A stretch of 64,000 nucleotides of DNA from an uncultured Bdellovibrionales bacterium (GCA_964537075.1 CAZIBB010000001.1:19072-83071); one strand, 5' to 3'. Positions 27,371-38,111 are shown, counted from the stretch's first letter. Notes: generated by a model not told the origin, from the sequence alone. A program made the numbers and translations.

Positions 27371-27585
27371 TCTTTCATACTTTTCTTTGTCCGCAAAGAA
27401 AAGTAGACAAAAGAAACTCTCTCCTGCGAACAAATCGATAAATTCTTCGACACCCTTATGGAAGCCTCCAAAGGCGCTTCACTTCCTCCAGTTGGAGCTT
27501 CTGTCCTTTTTGGGTGTCGAGAATTTCTAGCGATTCTTTTCGCGCGGAGCCCACGCAGGACCAAGTTTAGAGAAAATAATAAAGG
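27371..27585. repeat. Structured about 190-nt element, copy B (inverted orientation relative to copy A)
   Basis: Reverse complement aligns with 15497..15690. Helix positions carry compensatory changes: GTGACAC/GTGTCAC in A against TCGACAC/GTGTCGA in B. Confidence 0.6.
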
Positions 27586-27608
27586 TCTATTTTAAAATCA
27601 AAGATACG

Positions 27609-28553
27609 CTATTTTTCTTTCAAAAACTCTTCGAGTGCTTCCGTGTAAGGACGGAAGGGAATGAATTTCGTATTGCGGAGTGTCGAACAATGTGGCCTTT
27701 TGGCAGGCCTTGGGAAAGCATCAGATGAAACAGGCTTCACGATGATATCTTTTCTAGCAATCCGAAAGAGCTCCTTCGCTGCCTCATACCAGGTCGCCGG
27801 GTTCTCATTGACCAAGTGATAGATACCATACGGTACGCCATGCTGTATCATCACCTTGGTCGCCAGGGCGAGATCCGGTGCATAGGTGAAACAGGAGCGT
27901 TCATCATCGACTGCAGTTATTTCTTTTTTCCCCTCAGATACTTCAAGCATCTTCTCAAAAAAACTTTTCTTCCCTACAAGCGAAGCCGCTGGTTTTCCAA
28001 AGAGTTTGGAGAGTCGAATGATATAATATTTTTCAGCGCATTCCGCCACAGCTTTTTCTCCCGCAAGCTTACTTTCTCCATATTTCGAAATCGGATTCGG
28101 TTCGGCATCCTCGACATATCCTTCTTCATTCGTTCCATCGAACACATAGTCCGACGAATAATGAAACAATGTCGCATTTATTTCCTTCGAGAGCTCCGCG
28201 AGGAATTTCGGCACTTCCGCATTCAGCATCATCGCTTTTGCATATTCTTCAATATTCTCTTCGCATTGATCGACAGCATTGTATGCCACGGCATTGATGA
28301 TAATGTCCGGTACATACTCTCGAACCTTTTTCTCCGCCAAAGTGAAATCCGTGATATCAACCCGGCACCTATTGTCTTCTTCTGATTTTGTAACCAAATT
28401 TTTAGGAACACCATTTTCAGACCCACATACAATAGGCGCTGGGTAAATATCCTCCCGATCCCACCCCATCGTTTCATATCCGGGATCTTCGGAGTACACC
28501 CGGACCAATTCCTGCCCGAGCATCCCCTTCGCTCCTAATATCAAAACTTTCAT
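27609..28553 (-). CDS. rfbD: dTDP-4-dehydrorhamnose reductase (RmlD)
   Basis: Rossmann MKVLILGAKGMLGQ, ...INAVAYNAVDQCEE, YxxxK; 314 aa. Confidence 0.8.
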   Translation of the reverse strand: MKVLILGAKGMLGQELVRVYSEDPGYETMGWDREDIYPAPIVCGSENGVPKNLVTKSEEDNRCRVDITDFTLAEKKVREYVPDIIINAVAYNAVDQCEENIEEYAKAMMLNAEVPKFLAELSKEINATLFHYSSDYVFDGTNEEGYVEDAEPNPISKYGESKLAGEKAVAECAEKYYIIRLSKLFGKPAASLVGKKSFFEKMLEVSEGKKEITAVDDERSCFTYAPDLALATKVMIQHGVPYGIYHLVNENPATWYEAAKELFRIARKDIIVKPVSSDAFPRPAKRPHCSTLRNTKFIPFRPYTEALEEFLKEK

Positions 28554-28602
28554 AAAAAAATAGAATCAAAATATTTCGTACTCATTCTCCCTTATTTCAA
28601 TC

Positions 28603-28640
28603 ATTTTTGCAAAAAAAACGGCGTCAGGTAATTTTGACCT
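28603..28640 (-). terminator. Rho-independent terminator (minus strand) after the LysM-protein gene
   Basis: GGCGT-C-AGGT[AATTTTG]ACCT-A-ACGCC hairpin with an A-run on the plus strand, so a T-run follows on the minus strand. Confidence 0.5.
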
Positions 28641-28669
28641 AACGCCCTTGAAACTCATCTTCGCCCTCA

Positions 28670-29707
28670 TTACTCGATATTGAAACACAGTCCGCATTTC
28701 ATCGCATTAAAAAACCCTTGATCCGAATTTTCGATGCCAGGATCCCGTTCCATAAATGTACGGATCGAATCCCTTGCTGATCGCTCAAATTCTTCGATCG
28801 TTCCGACATACTTATATCCGCCGGATTCATCATTTCGAAAAGTACGATATCCGAGGCTCTCAGCATAGAGAGGGATAACCCGCCAAAACGAGATGGCTTG
28901 TACAGTCATCAGGTCTGTACGAAGCGTAAAAGGCACCTTCAGACAAAGCCATGTGTCATGCAAGGATCCAAGAAACTCGAATTCCGGATGAATGGGAGCA
29001 ACGGCATTGGCTGGTATCGGCCACAAGGACGGTCCTCCCGAAAGAGTTTCCAATGTCGGCGGTTCCCTGTGCTCCATGATGCCGCTTTCAGGCGACACGA
29101 CATTCACTATCTTCTTCTTCTTCAGCAAAACAACGCTCAAACATAGCAAGAGAAGCGCAATTCCAAGCGCAACGAGAAGAGCTGTTATTCGCCTTTCAAG
29201 CTTTTGATTCACCTCGACATCAGCAGTATACTGCGCGATCATCGAATAAACGCCGTGACGGATAGCCTCATCATTCTTCTGAAGCAATCCGAGCTTCGAG
29301 TGAAGCTCTTTCGCAGTCGCCTCTAACGAAGTAATCTGACTCGCTATTGCCTGCGCGTTTGCCGAATCAGTTTCCAAAGATACGGCGGGTACAGGAAATG
29401 GCACGTTTCTTTTCGAAAATGTAGCGCATCCCTGAGAAATATCAATGCTCGTTCCGGCGAAAATCAAATCCGGATTTTCGATGCCAGTTGCTTGAGCGAA
29501 AGCGCCAGCCTTCTTCATTGAAGGCGATACCCGGCATCCTTCCTTCAGGATTTTCCAGATCGTATCGCCTCGCTCTACGTTCCACTCCGCGCCGATGGCG
29601 AGATGTGAAAATACGAAGCTGAAGAAAACCGTCACCAAAATAGTGAGGTAGCGTTTCATAATATACTCCTCCAACACTGCGACATTAAAGAACTTTGATT
29701 TTTCCAC
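28670..29707 (-). CDS. Hypothetical LysM-domain membrane protein
   Basis: Signal peptide; LysM-like GDTIWKIL...NPDLIFAGTSIDI; coiled coil; a TM (LLVALGIALLLLCLSVVLL); C-terminal domain. Confidence 0.5.
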   Translation of the reverse strand: MEKSKFFNVAVLEEYIMKRYLTILVTVFFSFVFSHLAIGAEWNVERGDTIWKILKEGCRVSPSMKKAGAFAQATGIENPDLIFAGTSIDISQGCATFSKRNVPFPVPAVSLETDSANAQAIASQITSLEATAKELHSKLGLLQKNDEAIRHGVYSMIAQYTADVEVNQKLERRITALLVALGIALLLLCLSVVLLKKKKIVNVVSPESGIMEHREPPTLETLSGGPSLWPIPANAVAPIHPEFEFLGSLHDTWLCLKVPFTLRTDLMTVQAISFWRVIPLYAESLGYRTFRNDESGGYKYVGTIEEFERSARDSIRTFMERDPGIENSDQGFFNAMKCGLCFNIE

Positions 29708-29775
29708 TTATCACTCTCAAATATAAGTGAAGTAACATGATGCAACAGAATTCAAAAAATGTCAATATTAGGCAA

Positions 29776-30738
29776 TCAAGCCTTCAGATGCTTCCACCAA
29801 CTTTCATTTTCTTTGAACCACTCGACAGTTTTCTCGAGTCCTTCTTCGAGTGTCACTTCCGGCTGCCAGCCGAGCTTATTTTTTATCTTTGAAAAATCGA
29901 TGGCGTAGCGACGATCATGTCCAGGACGGTCATTTACGTACTCAATCATCGACTCATCTTTTCCGAGAATCTCAAGGATTTTCTTTATAATCCAGATATT
30001 TTCTTTCTCGCCGTTTCCCCCGATGCAGTATGTCTCGCCGATTATCCCCTTTCGGAGGATGAAGTCGATCGCGCGGACATGATCCGTTACGAAAAGCCAA
30101 TCGCGAACCTGCAGACCGTCTCCGTACACCGGGACCTTTTTCCCCTCGAGAAGATTGGTGATTGCGAGCGGGATCAATTTCTCCGGAAAATGGTATGGCC
30201 CGTAATTATTGGAACAGTTCGATATGGTGATCGGCAATCCATAGGTATGAAAATAAGCCCGCACCAGATGATCCGATGCCGCCTTCGAAGCACTGTATGG
30301 ACTCCTTGGATCGTACGGCGTCAGCTCATCGAAGGCGAGAGCATCCGGAGAGAGTGATCCGAATACCTCATCGGTCGAGATATGATGGAATCTTCTCCCA
30401 TGTTTCCGTGCGGCTTCAAGCAGAATGAAGGTACCCTCTACATTTGTTTTTATGAAAGCCTCCGGCTCCTGTATCGAACGATCCACATGCGACTCCGCCG
30501 CAAAATGCACCACGACATCGCACTCGGCCATAAGCAGGTCGACGACCGCCGCATCACGGATATCCCCCAGCACGAACCGATATCGCGGATCATCGCTCCA
30601 TCGTGACAAATTCTCTCTGTTCCCAGCATAGGTCAAGGCATCGAGATTCACCACGGTATCTTCTGGATATGTCCCGAGTATATGATGGATGAAATTCGAT
30701 CCGATAAACCCCGCCCCTCCGGTAACGAGTAGTTTCAT
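29776..30738 (-). CDS. rfbB: dTDP-glucose 4,6-dehydratase (RmlB)
   Basis: [27 protein letters not shown]. Confidence 0.9.
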   Translation of the reverse strand: MKLLVTGGAGFIGSNFIHHILGTYPEDTVVNLDALTYAGNRENLSRWSDDPRYRFVLGDIRDAAVVDLLMAECDVVVHFAAESHVDRSIQEPEAFIKTNVEGTFILLEAARKHGRRFHHISTDEVFGSLSPDALAFDELTPYDPRSPYSASKAASDHLVRAYFHTYGLPITISNCSNNYGPYHFPEKLIPLAITNLLEGKKVPVYGDGLQVRDWLFVTDHVRAIDFILRKGIIGETYCIGGNGEKENIWIIKKILEILGKDESMIEYVNDRPGHDRRYAIDFSKIKNKLGWQPEVTLEEGLEKTVEWFKENESWWKHLKA

Positions 30739-30755
30739 AGTAATTTTGAATTTTC

Positions 30756-31295
30756 TTATAGTTCACTCAAAAAAGGGAGTATTCTGTCTTTCTCTGACAC
30801 TATCAGGGTTGTCGTTTCCATCGTCCACTCAATACCGATTTCTGGATCATCGTAGCGGATACCGCTCTCATGCTCTTTTGAATACGGTGCGGTTACCTTG
30901 TAAGAAAAAATAGTATCGTCTTCAAGCGTAAGAAATCCATGTGCGAAGCCCTCTGGAACCCACAGTTGATGGTGATTCTTTTCTGAGAGTTCCACTGCCA
31001 CATACTTCCCATAGGTCGGGGATTCCTTTCGAATATCGACGGCCACGTCAAGCACTTTCCCCCGAAGCACCTGTACGAGCTTCCCTTGTACCATCGGCTC
31101 ATTCTGAAAGTGCAAACCCCGAAGCACTCCTTTCTTGGATTTCGATACATTGTCTTGCACGAACTGCTCCACAGGAATCCCTGCTGCCTGATATTTCTCC
31201 TGACTGAATGATTCGAAAAAATATCCCCGCTCATCAGCGTAGACATCTGGCTCAACAATCAATACTCCGTCCAATATCGTTTTTTCAATTTTCAT
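30756..31295 (-). CDS. rfbC: dTDP-4-dehydrorhamnose 3,5-epimerase (RmlC)
   Basis: Cupin motifs ...[10 protein letters not shown]...RGLHFQ... Likely start [10 protein letters not shown] at 31295. Confidence 0.85.
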   Translation of the reverse strand: MKIEKTILDGVLIVEPDVYADERGYFFESFSQEKYQAAGIPVEQFVQDNVSKSKKGVLRGLHFQNEPMVQGKLVQVLRGKVLDVAVDIRKESPTYGKYVAVELSEKNHHQLWVPEGFAHGFLTLEDDTIFSYKVTAPYSKEHESGIRYDDPEIGIEWTMETTTLIVSEKDRILPFLSEL

Positions 31296-31380
31296 AAAAA
31301 TGGAATCACAAAAATAGCTCTTCCCTTCCATTGTAGCATACAAAAAGCCCACATCGCTGCGGGCTTTTTGTATGTTTGAA

Positions 31381-31749
31381 TTACGCTTTGAGCTCGTTCA
31401 TCATGTCATCAAGCGCCTTGGTCGGGTCTTCCGAGTCTGAAAGCGGTGAAACAGTCGGAGCAACCGGAGTCGCCTCCCGCACCGGACGAGTCGAACCCTC
31501 CGGCTCATTGATTTTCAGATTCACACGAGCACTGTTCCTCGCGCCAATCACGCGAAGCAAGGTGCGAAGCGCCTTGGCTGTCATGCCCTCGCGACCGATC
31601 ACCATACCCATGTCCTGGGCGTTCACATCAAGCGTGATGAGCACTCCCATTTCATCGATTTTCCGTTCCACCTTCACATCATCCGGATGATCGACGAGCA
31701 TCTTTACGACGTATTCGACGAACTCCTTGTCCTGTACATTCTCTGTCAT
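31381..31749 (-). CDS. KH-domain RNA-binding protein (YlqC/UPF0109-like)
   Basis: KH core VIGREGMTAKALRTLLRVIGA; 122 aa. Confidence 0.65.
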   Translation of the reverse strand: MTENVQDKEFVEYVVKMLVDHPDDVKVERKIDEMGVLITLDVNAQDMGMVIGREGMTAKALRTLLRVIGARNSARVNLKINEPEGSTRPVREATPVAPTVSPLSDSEDPTKALDDMMNELKA

Positions 31750-31835
31750 AACATTCTCCTACATGATTATCATGGATACCCCGCACACGCACGGATATCC
31801 TCCGCCCCTTCATTGTACAGCGACTGCAAATACTG

Positions 31836-32765
31836 TCAATTCTTTTTCGACCGATGAAAAAAATACGCGACGATACCGATAGTCGCCACAGGACTTACCC
31901 ATTCCGGAACATGAATCATAAATCCATGAGCGATCATCACCCCGCCGAGAACGAGTATGGAATACATCGCTCCGTTTTTCAAAAACGCATATTTCTTCAC
32001 TCTATCAATATTCGCCACCGTCAACTGTCGCACGACGACCGCTCCGATGCCGTTTCCGATCAGGATAAGCGGAATCGAAAGCGTAAAAGCAAAGGCGCCG
32101 AGCACGCCATCAATTGAAAATGAAAGATCAATCACCTCGAGAAAAAATACCTTGCTCCAATCCGACATCGTCGAACCTTTCATTTCCTCCTCAGCCTTCT
32201 CCGCCTGCAGCCGGAATCCATGAACAATGAAGAATGCCGTGGAGCCGACAACCGCACCGAATCCCACCATCGGATTTTCCTTCATCGCATACCACACGAC
32301 GACTGCCAGGAGAAGTGATGCCACCGCATAGAACCAGACACCATGCTGATTGACGATCCGCTCAAAACGAAATCCATACTTTTTTTCTTCGAGAAAAATC
32401 CAATGAAAGAAAAGCAGAAGGAGAAAAATTCCTCCACCCATGAGAAGCACCGGCGCGGAGGTCGCTATGGCATCATGTACTGCAGGATCATTGGAGAAAG
32501 TGGACGTGAATGATCCGATAAACCCAAGAGACGGAATCGTCACCCACACGATGAGCCATGGAAGAATGCCTCGGACGACGAACACAGCGAAAAAAATGCC
32601 CCAGGTAACAAAAAATCGCCGCGCGTTTGCCCCCATAGTCGAGAGCACATCGGCGTTGATGATGGCATTATCGATGCTTGATACCGTCTCAAACAGTACG
32701 AGGCCTATGACAATCAGCAGTATGGAGAAAAAATCCATATAGGGAGGAGGTGAGAATTTAGACAA
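31836..32765 (-). CDS. TerC/DUF475-family integral membrane protein
   Basis: SIDNAIINADV motif and about eight TM helices. Confidence 0.5.
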   Translation of the reverse strand: MSKFSPPPYMDFFSILLIVIGLVLFETVSSIDNAIINADVLSTMGANARRFFVTWGIFFAVFVVRGILPWLIVWVTIPSLGFIGSFTSTFSNDPAVHDAIATSAPVLLMGGGIFLLLLFFHWIFLEEKKYGFRFERIVNQHGVWFYAVASLLLAVVVWYAMKENPMVGFGAVVGSTAFFIVHGFRLQAEKAEEEMKGSTMSDWSKVFFLEVIDLSFSIDGVLGAFAFTLSIPLILIGNGIGAVVVRQLTVANIDRVKKYAFLKNGAMYSILVLGGVMIAHGFMIHVPEWVSPVATIGIVAYFFHRSKKN

Positions 32766-32840
32766 TAGTATATAGAATACAAAAAAAGAACGAGGTAAGG
32801 AATCAAAGAAAATTCTACTCCATATTCTCCATTCACTGTA

Positions 32841-34163
32841 TCATTTCTCCGGAATGAACGGTTTTGCGCGCCATTCGGGAGACTGGCAGCAGAGAAGCTT
32901 GAAAGCGTCTTCTGGGTGTTCCATCGATTGTTCAACGACTTTTTCCATGCGCATTCCGCGCGATCCCTTAATGAGCACCGCATCACCTTCATGAAGAAAC
33001 TCCGCAAGTGCGTCTCCCGCTTTCAGAGGATAATCGAAGGAAAACATTCGGTCTCGTGAAAATCCTCGGAGCGCGAGTGACTCGCCAAACAAGCATGCTT
33101 TCACTCCGACCAAAAATACCGCCGAGAAACCCATAGGGTAAACCTGCGTCGCCAATTCCTGATGAAATATATCCGCATTCGGACCAAGCTCCAACATATC
33201 GCCAAAAACAAATATTTTCCGCGAAGCCCGCATACGTGCAAGCGTCGTCAACGCCGCTTTAACCGAATCCGGCGAGGCATTATAGGTATCGTCGATAAGA
33301 AGCGCTCCATTCTTTCCTGCGATGAGTCTCATCCTTCCAGGAAGAGATTCGAATCGCTCTAAGGCGGTTACAATCGATACCGGATTCATCCGAAGCGAAA
33401 GCCCGACCGCTACCGCTGCCAAAGCAGATGAAACGAGATGCTCGCCTATCAGGTTCGGCAAACGCACTGGAATACTCACTCCTTCATATTTCAATTTGAA
33501 ATTAAAGCCAACGCCCGTCCGCTCATCGAAAGTATAGTGTTCACCGGAAACCGTCGCCGGTCCCGAAATCGAATACGTGTATGTCTTTGCTTTTATTTTT
33601 TCTTGAAGCGAGAGTACTCGCTCATCATCGGCGTTGAGAATGGCGATTCCCTCTTCAGGAAGACGAGTCACGAGTCGTCCCTTCTCCCTAGCAATCGCAC
33701 CAATGGTTTTAAAATTTTCGAGATGACTTTCACCGATCTTCGTCACCACTCCCACCGTAACCGGTACAAATCGCAGAAGATATTCCATATCCCCCGGATA
33801 ATCCACTCCCATTTCCAATACGAGAATTTCCGGATATCGGCAGGGAAAGATAAGAAGAAAGCAGGTTCGAAATACAAGCTGAAACCACCCGAGGAAAGAA
33901 TGTCCCTGACTTTTTTCACCGAGAATCGTGAGCGGAATACCGATCTCGTTATTATAGTTTCCCTCGCTCTTCCGGACCGAGTATTCCGATGCTAAAACAA
34001 GTGCAATCGCCTCTTTCGTCGAACTCTTTCCGACCGAACCGGTCACACCAACAATAATCGGATGATATTTTTTCAAAACAAGAACAGCAAAAAAACGCAA
34101 TGTACTTTCGAGGATCTTCCGCAAAAATGATTTTTTAGACTGTATTCCCATAATTTTTATCAT
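32841..34163 (-). CDS. murF: UDP-N-acetylmuramoyl-tripeptide--D-alanyl-D-alanine ligase (MurF)
   Basis: P-loop GVTGSVGKSSTKE, DDTYNASPDS. End of the mraZ-rsmH-ftsL-ftsI-murF division/cell-wall cluster. Confidence 0.8.
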   Translation of the reverse strand: MIKIMGIQSKKSFLRKILESTLRFFAVLVLKKYHPIIVGVTGSVGKSSTKEAIALVLASEYSVRKSEGNYNNEIGIPLTILGEKSQGHSFLGWFQLVFRTCFLLIFPCRYPEILVLEMGVDYPGDMEYLLRFVPVTVGVVTKIGESHLENFKTIGAIAREKGRLVTRLPEEGIAILNADDERVLSLQEKIKAKTYTYSISGPATVSGEHYTFDERTGVGFNFKLKYEGVSIPVRLPNLIGEHLVSSALAAVAVGLSLRMNPVSIVTALERFESLPGRMRLIAGKNGALLIDDTYNASPDSVKAALTTLARMRASRKIFVFGDMLELGPNADIFHQELATQVYPMGFSAVFLVGVKACLFGESLALRGFSRDRMFSFDYPLKAGDALAEFLHEGDAVLIKGSRGMRMEKVVEQSMEHPEDAFKLLCCQSPEWRAKPFIPEK

Positions 34164-35950
34164 TGTATCCTATGTAATCCGTCCTGTATCGCCTCTGTCG
34201 GTTGTACCTGATAATATTCCAGAAGAAATTTCATCATCTTTCCAAATACCGGAGCAGCCGATGATTCCGCCCATTCCACATTTTTTGGACGGTCAAACTT
34301 CACTGAAATTGCAAATTTCGGTTCATTCATCGGCGCATAACCGACGAAAGATCCTATCGACAAGTTCTCATCATACCCCTTTTGATCAGTCTTGGCTATC
34401 TGTGCCGTCCCCGTCTTACCGCCCACCAGATACCCTGGAACATCAGCTCTTTTCCCATGACCATTGACGACGACGCTTCGGAGCATGTCTCCCATTACTT
34501 TCGCCGTTTCCTCACTCACCACGCGACGCACCGGTTCCGGACGAACCATTTCCTCTCTTCCATTCCCATGGATAATTTTCTCCACCAAACGTGGCTTCAT
34601 CAGCACGCCATTATTACCAAGCGCCGCATATGCTTGCACGAGTTGAAGCGGCGTCGCGGTAATACCCTGTCCGAAAGAAGCTGTGAAAAAATTAATACTC
34701 TGACGAGTATCATTCATGTTTTTCAGACTCCCCGATACCTCGCCGGGAAATCCAAATCCTGATTTCTCTCCGAATCCGAAATTATTCACATATTCACGAA
34801 ACACCGAATTTCCCAATAATCGCTCGACAAAAATCACTCCCGTATTGATCGATTCATCCAACACTCGATACATGTCGCTTCGCCCATACACTTTTCCCTC
34901 AGCGTTTTTCAGATTATACCCCGCCTCCGTCACGACACCCGTATCAACATATTCCGTGCGTGGATTCACCTTTTTCTCCTCGATACCCATCGCCATAGTG
35001 AGCGGCTTCATGACGGATCCCGGTTCATACGCGATACTCGTCGCATCGTTCAAAAATATTTCATATTTCTCCACTTCACCGAACTTATTCGGGTCAAATT
35101 GTGGAAGAGTTGCCATCGCCAATATATTTCCCGTCTTCGGTTCCATGACCACGATCGTCCCGCCTTCAGCCGCATATTTCTCGATTGAGTCGCGCAGGAT
35201 CCGCTCCGCCTCAAACTGTACAGTTCGATCGATGGTCAGAATCAAGTCATCACCATCTTCTGCGGGACTCATCGTACGATCCGTCAACGATATCCATCTC
35301 CCAGCCGAGTCTCTTTGTTCTTTCAGGCTTCCATCACGCCCCTGAAGCGACGCATTGAATGCTGCTTCGAGACCATATTTCCCTTCCATACCAACCTGTC
35401 CATCCTTCCGATTGGCGACAAATCCAATAAGTGATGAGGCAAATTCCCCTCCCGGATAGTAACGGTTCGTTTCGAAACCGAGATAAATTCCCTTTATCTG
35501 AAGCGCCTTGATTCGTGATACCTCATCTTCCGAGAGTCGTTTTTTCACCAGTTCGAACGGATCATCTTTTCGTTCCATCTTCTTTTCGATATTTTCTCTC
35601 TCCATTCCCAATATCTCCGAGAGCATTTCGGCGACTTTTCCCTCATCGTCGATATCCCGCGGAACGATGAATGCATACGGCTCATCCCGATTCACCGCCA
35701 CTGAATACAGCTCGCCACGATCATGAAAAAATATCTGCCCGCGTTCGGCTTGTATCGCGTTTTTCATCGTATATTGCGATGAGGCAATCCCCTCCCATCG
35801 CTCATGATTCAGGACCTGAACAAAATACAAGCGAGTCAGTATCGCGAGGGCGCCTCCAACGACAAAAAAAACAAGGAGCCTCGCTCGCGCCGATCCCCCC
35901 TGATCATCTGTTTTCTTTCGCACATCGCTGCGACGAAATCCCGTTTTCAT
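34160..35950 (-). CDS. ftsI: Peptidoglycan D,D-transpeptidase (class B PBP, FtsI-like)
   Basis: N-terminal TM, dimerisation domain, and transpeptidase motifs SxxK (SVMK), SxN, KTGT (KTGTAQ). Confidence 0.85.
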   Translation of the reverse strand: MKTGFRRSDVRKKTDDQGGSARARLLVFFVVGGALAILTRLYFVQVLNHERWEGIASSQYTMKNAIQAERGQIFFHDRGELYSVAVNRDEPYAFIVPRDIDDEGKVAEMLSEILGMERENIEKKMERKDDPFELVKKRLSEDEVSRIKALQIKGIYLGFETNRYYPGGEFASSLIGFVANRKDGQVGMEGKYGLEAAFNASLQGRDGSLKEQRDSAGRWISLTDRTMSPAEDGDDLILTIDRTVQFEAERILRDSIEKYAAEGGTIVVMEPKTGNILAMATLPQFDPNKFGEVEKYEIFLNDATSIAYEPGSVMKPLTMAMGIEEKKVNPRTEYVDTGVVTEAGYNLKNAEGKVYGRSDMYRVLDESINTGVIFVERLLGNSVFREYVNNFGFGEKSGFGFPGEVSGSLKNMNDTRQSINFFTASFGQGITATPLQLVQAYAALGNNGVLMKPRLVEKIIHGNGREEMVRPEPVRRVVSEETAKVMGDMLRSVVVNGHGKRADVPGYLVGGKTGTAQIAKTDQKGYDENLSIGSFVGYAPMNEPKFAISVKFDRPKNVEWAESSAAPVFGKMMKFLLEYYQVQPTEAIQDGLHRIQ

Positions 35951-35958
35951 ATTCGTAA

Positions 35959-36300
35959 CTATTTCATAGCGACCACACCAGAACGCTCGACAAGAATGAC
36001 GTCCACCGCCCGCTCCATACCCATGCGAGCACCCGCCTCTTTCGTCTTCTCGAGAGAGCGTATCTCCGCCTCATATATCCGCAATTCGCCGTTCTCCTTA
36101 TCGAGCTTCGCGATCTCTTTCTCCAATGTACGGATACGGAATCCATGTACTGCATTCTGATTGATTGAAAACAGATAGTTCCCGGCCGAAAAAAGAAACA
36201 TGGCAATAATAACCAAAAAACCTTTTTGGATAAATCCGCCTTTTCTCTTGTTCGTCGCACCGCGCCTTTCGCGATACGCGATACATTCGGTATGGGTCAT
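35959..36300 (-). CDS. ftsL: Cell division protein FtsL-like (septum formation initiator)
   Basis: 113 aa, single TM plus coiled coil, positioned between rsmH and ftsI. Confidence 0.5.
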   Translation of the reverse strand: MTHTECIAYRERRGATNKRKGGFIQKGFLVIIAMFLFSAGNYLFSINQNAVHGFRIRTLEKEIAKLDKENGELRIYEAEIRSLEKTKEAGARMGMERAVDVILVERSGVVAMK

Positions 36301-36322
36301 ATTTTTTTGTTTTTATTTTTGC

Positions 36323-36345
36323 CTGCCTGCCATAGGCAGGTTCAT
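36323..36345. repeat. GC-rich palindrome GCCTGCCTGCC-ATA-GGCAGG (family of 12641)
   Basis: ftsL-rsmH spacer. Confidence 0.7.
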
Positions 36346-36363
36346 GCTCCTCCGAGAAACCTC

Positions 36364-37329
36364 CTATATTTTTTCCGCGACACGAAGTTTCGCGCTTCGC
36401 GAACGGGAGTTCTTCGCTTCCTCTTCCTCACTTGGTCCGATCGGTTTCCCGGTAATGATCTTGAGCCGGGGGGTTTTCCCGCACCGACATTCCGGAAAAT
36501 TCGCTGGACAGACACATCCCTTCGCCTCGGCTCGAAAAAATTCCTTCACGATTCGACCCTCGCCGGAATGAAACGTGATGACCACGAGCCGGCCACCCAC
36601 CGCCAATCGGCTCGCCGCGGCGGGAAGAAATACACTCAACCGTTCGAATTCCCGATTGACTTCGATGCGCAAGGCCTGAAAGACCTTGGTTGCGGGATGA
36701 ATACCAATCGCCCGACGCTCCGCACCCGAGAATACCCCTTCGATAATCGCCGCGAGTTCCGTCGTCGTCCGTATCGGCTTTCGTTTTCGCTCCATGGCGA
36801 TGCGTCGGGCAATCCGCTTCGCCTTCGATTCATCGCCATAGAGGGAAAATATTTCCGAAAGTCGCTCTTCCGAATATCGCCGCAGTATCTCTTCGGCCGT
36901 CAGGGCATCATCTTGATTCAGTCGCATATCGAGCGGTCCGTCATGCACGAATGAGAATCCGCGTCCGGATTCCTCGATCTGATCCGATGAGAACCCGAGA
37001 TCCGCCATGATACCCTGCACCTTCCCGATGCCCAGCCGATCAAGTTCGCTCTCGATATGGGAAAAGTTTTCACGGACGACCACAAGGCGCCCATCCCGAT
37101 ACGCCTGCTCCAATACGGGATCGTTTTCTATCCTCCCGAGAAAACGATCAACCGCCTGCGCATCCATATCAAATGAAATTACCTTCCCTGTCGGAAGCAC
37201 CCGCTCCAAGAGCGCAAGCGTGTGACTGCCACCGCCAAGCGTGGCATCCACGACGATATCGCCATCCTTCAGACAAAGTGCCTGTATTGTCTCTTCTAAA
37301 AGAACCGGGATATGTTTCGTCGCTTCCAT
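36364..37329 (-). CDS. rsmH: 16S rRNA (cytosine1402-N4)-methyltransferase RsmH (MraW)
   Basis: HIPVLLEE...VDATLGGGSHT. Confidence 0.9.
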   Translation of the reverse strand: MEATKHIPVLLEETIQALCLKDGDIVVDATLGGGSHTLALLERVLPTGKVISFDMDAQAVDRFLGRIENDPVLEQAYRDGRLVVVRENFSHIESELDRLGIGKVQGIMADLGFSSDQIEESGRGFSFVHDGPLDMRLNQDDALTAEEILRRYSEERLSEIFSLYGDESKAKRIARRIAMERKRKPIRTTTELAAIIEGVFSGAERRAIGIHPATKVFQALRIEVNREFERLSVFLPAAASRLAVGGRLVVITFHSGEGRIVKEFFRAEAKGCVCPANFPECRCGKTPRLKIITGKPIGPSEEEEAKNSRSRSAKLRVAEKI

Positions 37330-37344
37330 ACTCCATCATTTCTT

Positions 37345-37466
37345 AATTTCGAATTTCGAATTTTTAATTTCGAGTGAATTCTAAATGACTTCATATTTCA
37401 ATCATTCAAAAACTCATCATTCCTGCCTGCCGGCAGGCAGGGATTCAAAATTCGAAATTCGAAATT
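37345..37466. mobile_element. 122-bp mini-element with perfect 20-nt terminal inverted repeats (AATTTCGAATTTCGAATTTT) enclosing a CCTGCCTGCC-GGCAGGCAGG palindrome
   Basis: Left arm 37345-37364, right arm 37447-37466 (exact reverse complement). Internal palindrome 37421-37444. It fills the mraZ-rsmH spacer. Confidence 0.6.
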
Positions 37467-37469
37467 TCT

Positions 37470-37904
37470 TTAATAGACCCCAAGCTTCCCCAGCTGCTCC
37501 GCGATCTTCCCCGTCTGTTTCTCCGCGAGTCCCTTGTATTTCTTCCACCGATCCTCGCTCCAGATTTCCAATCGATTATAAAGACCGACCACCACGGTAT
37601 CTTTCTTCAATCCGGCGTACGCTTTCAAATAATCCGGTACGAGCACGCGCCCCTGACTGTCGAGATCGACATCCACCGCACCCGCGAGCATCATACGAGT
37701 GAAGCTTCGAGTCCCCGCTTCTCCGACTGGCATGCTTCCGAGTTTCGCCGCGATCTCCTCCCATACTTTCATCGGATACACAAAGAGACAGTCATCAAGT
37801 CCGCGAGTCACTACTACTTTCGATCCCAACTCACCACGAAATTTCGATGGCATAGCCAACCGCTTCTTCGGATCGATCGTATGATTGTATTCGCCGATAA
37901 ACAT
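37470..37904 (-). CDS. mraZ: Transcriptional regulator MraZ
   Basis: MFIGEYNHTIDPKKRLAMPSKFR..., duplicated MraZ fold; 144 aa. Confidence 0.85.
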   Translation of the reverse strand: MFIGEYNHTIDPKKRLAMPSKFRGELGSKVVVTRGLDDCLFVYPMKVWEEIAAKLGSMPVGEAGTRSFTRMMLAGAVDVDLDSQGRVLVPDYLKAYAGLKKDTVVVGLYNRLEIWSEDRWKKYKGLAEKQTGKIAEQLGKLGVY

Positions 37905-38111
37905 ATTCGTAACTTATAACAAACGACTGACAACCAACGACCAGAAAATACATAAACTAAAAACTGTCGCTGTATTGTTGTAAGTTGTATGTCGTATGTC
38001 GTCAGTTTTTATAGTTTCCCCACTTCTCACCACTTTTAGTGTGAGTAGCTCCATTTTACTCCACTTATAATACAAGCGTCAACATCTCGCCCCACCAAAG
38101 TTATCCACCGT

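Noticed and set aside
28554-28669. Possible small RNA in the rmlD-LysM spacer
   Set aside because: The hairpin there is explained as a minus-strand intrinsic terminator for the LysM-protein gene; there is no additional conserved structure.
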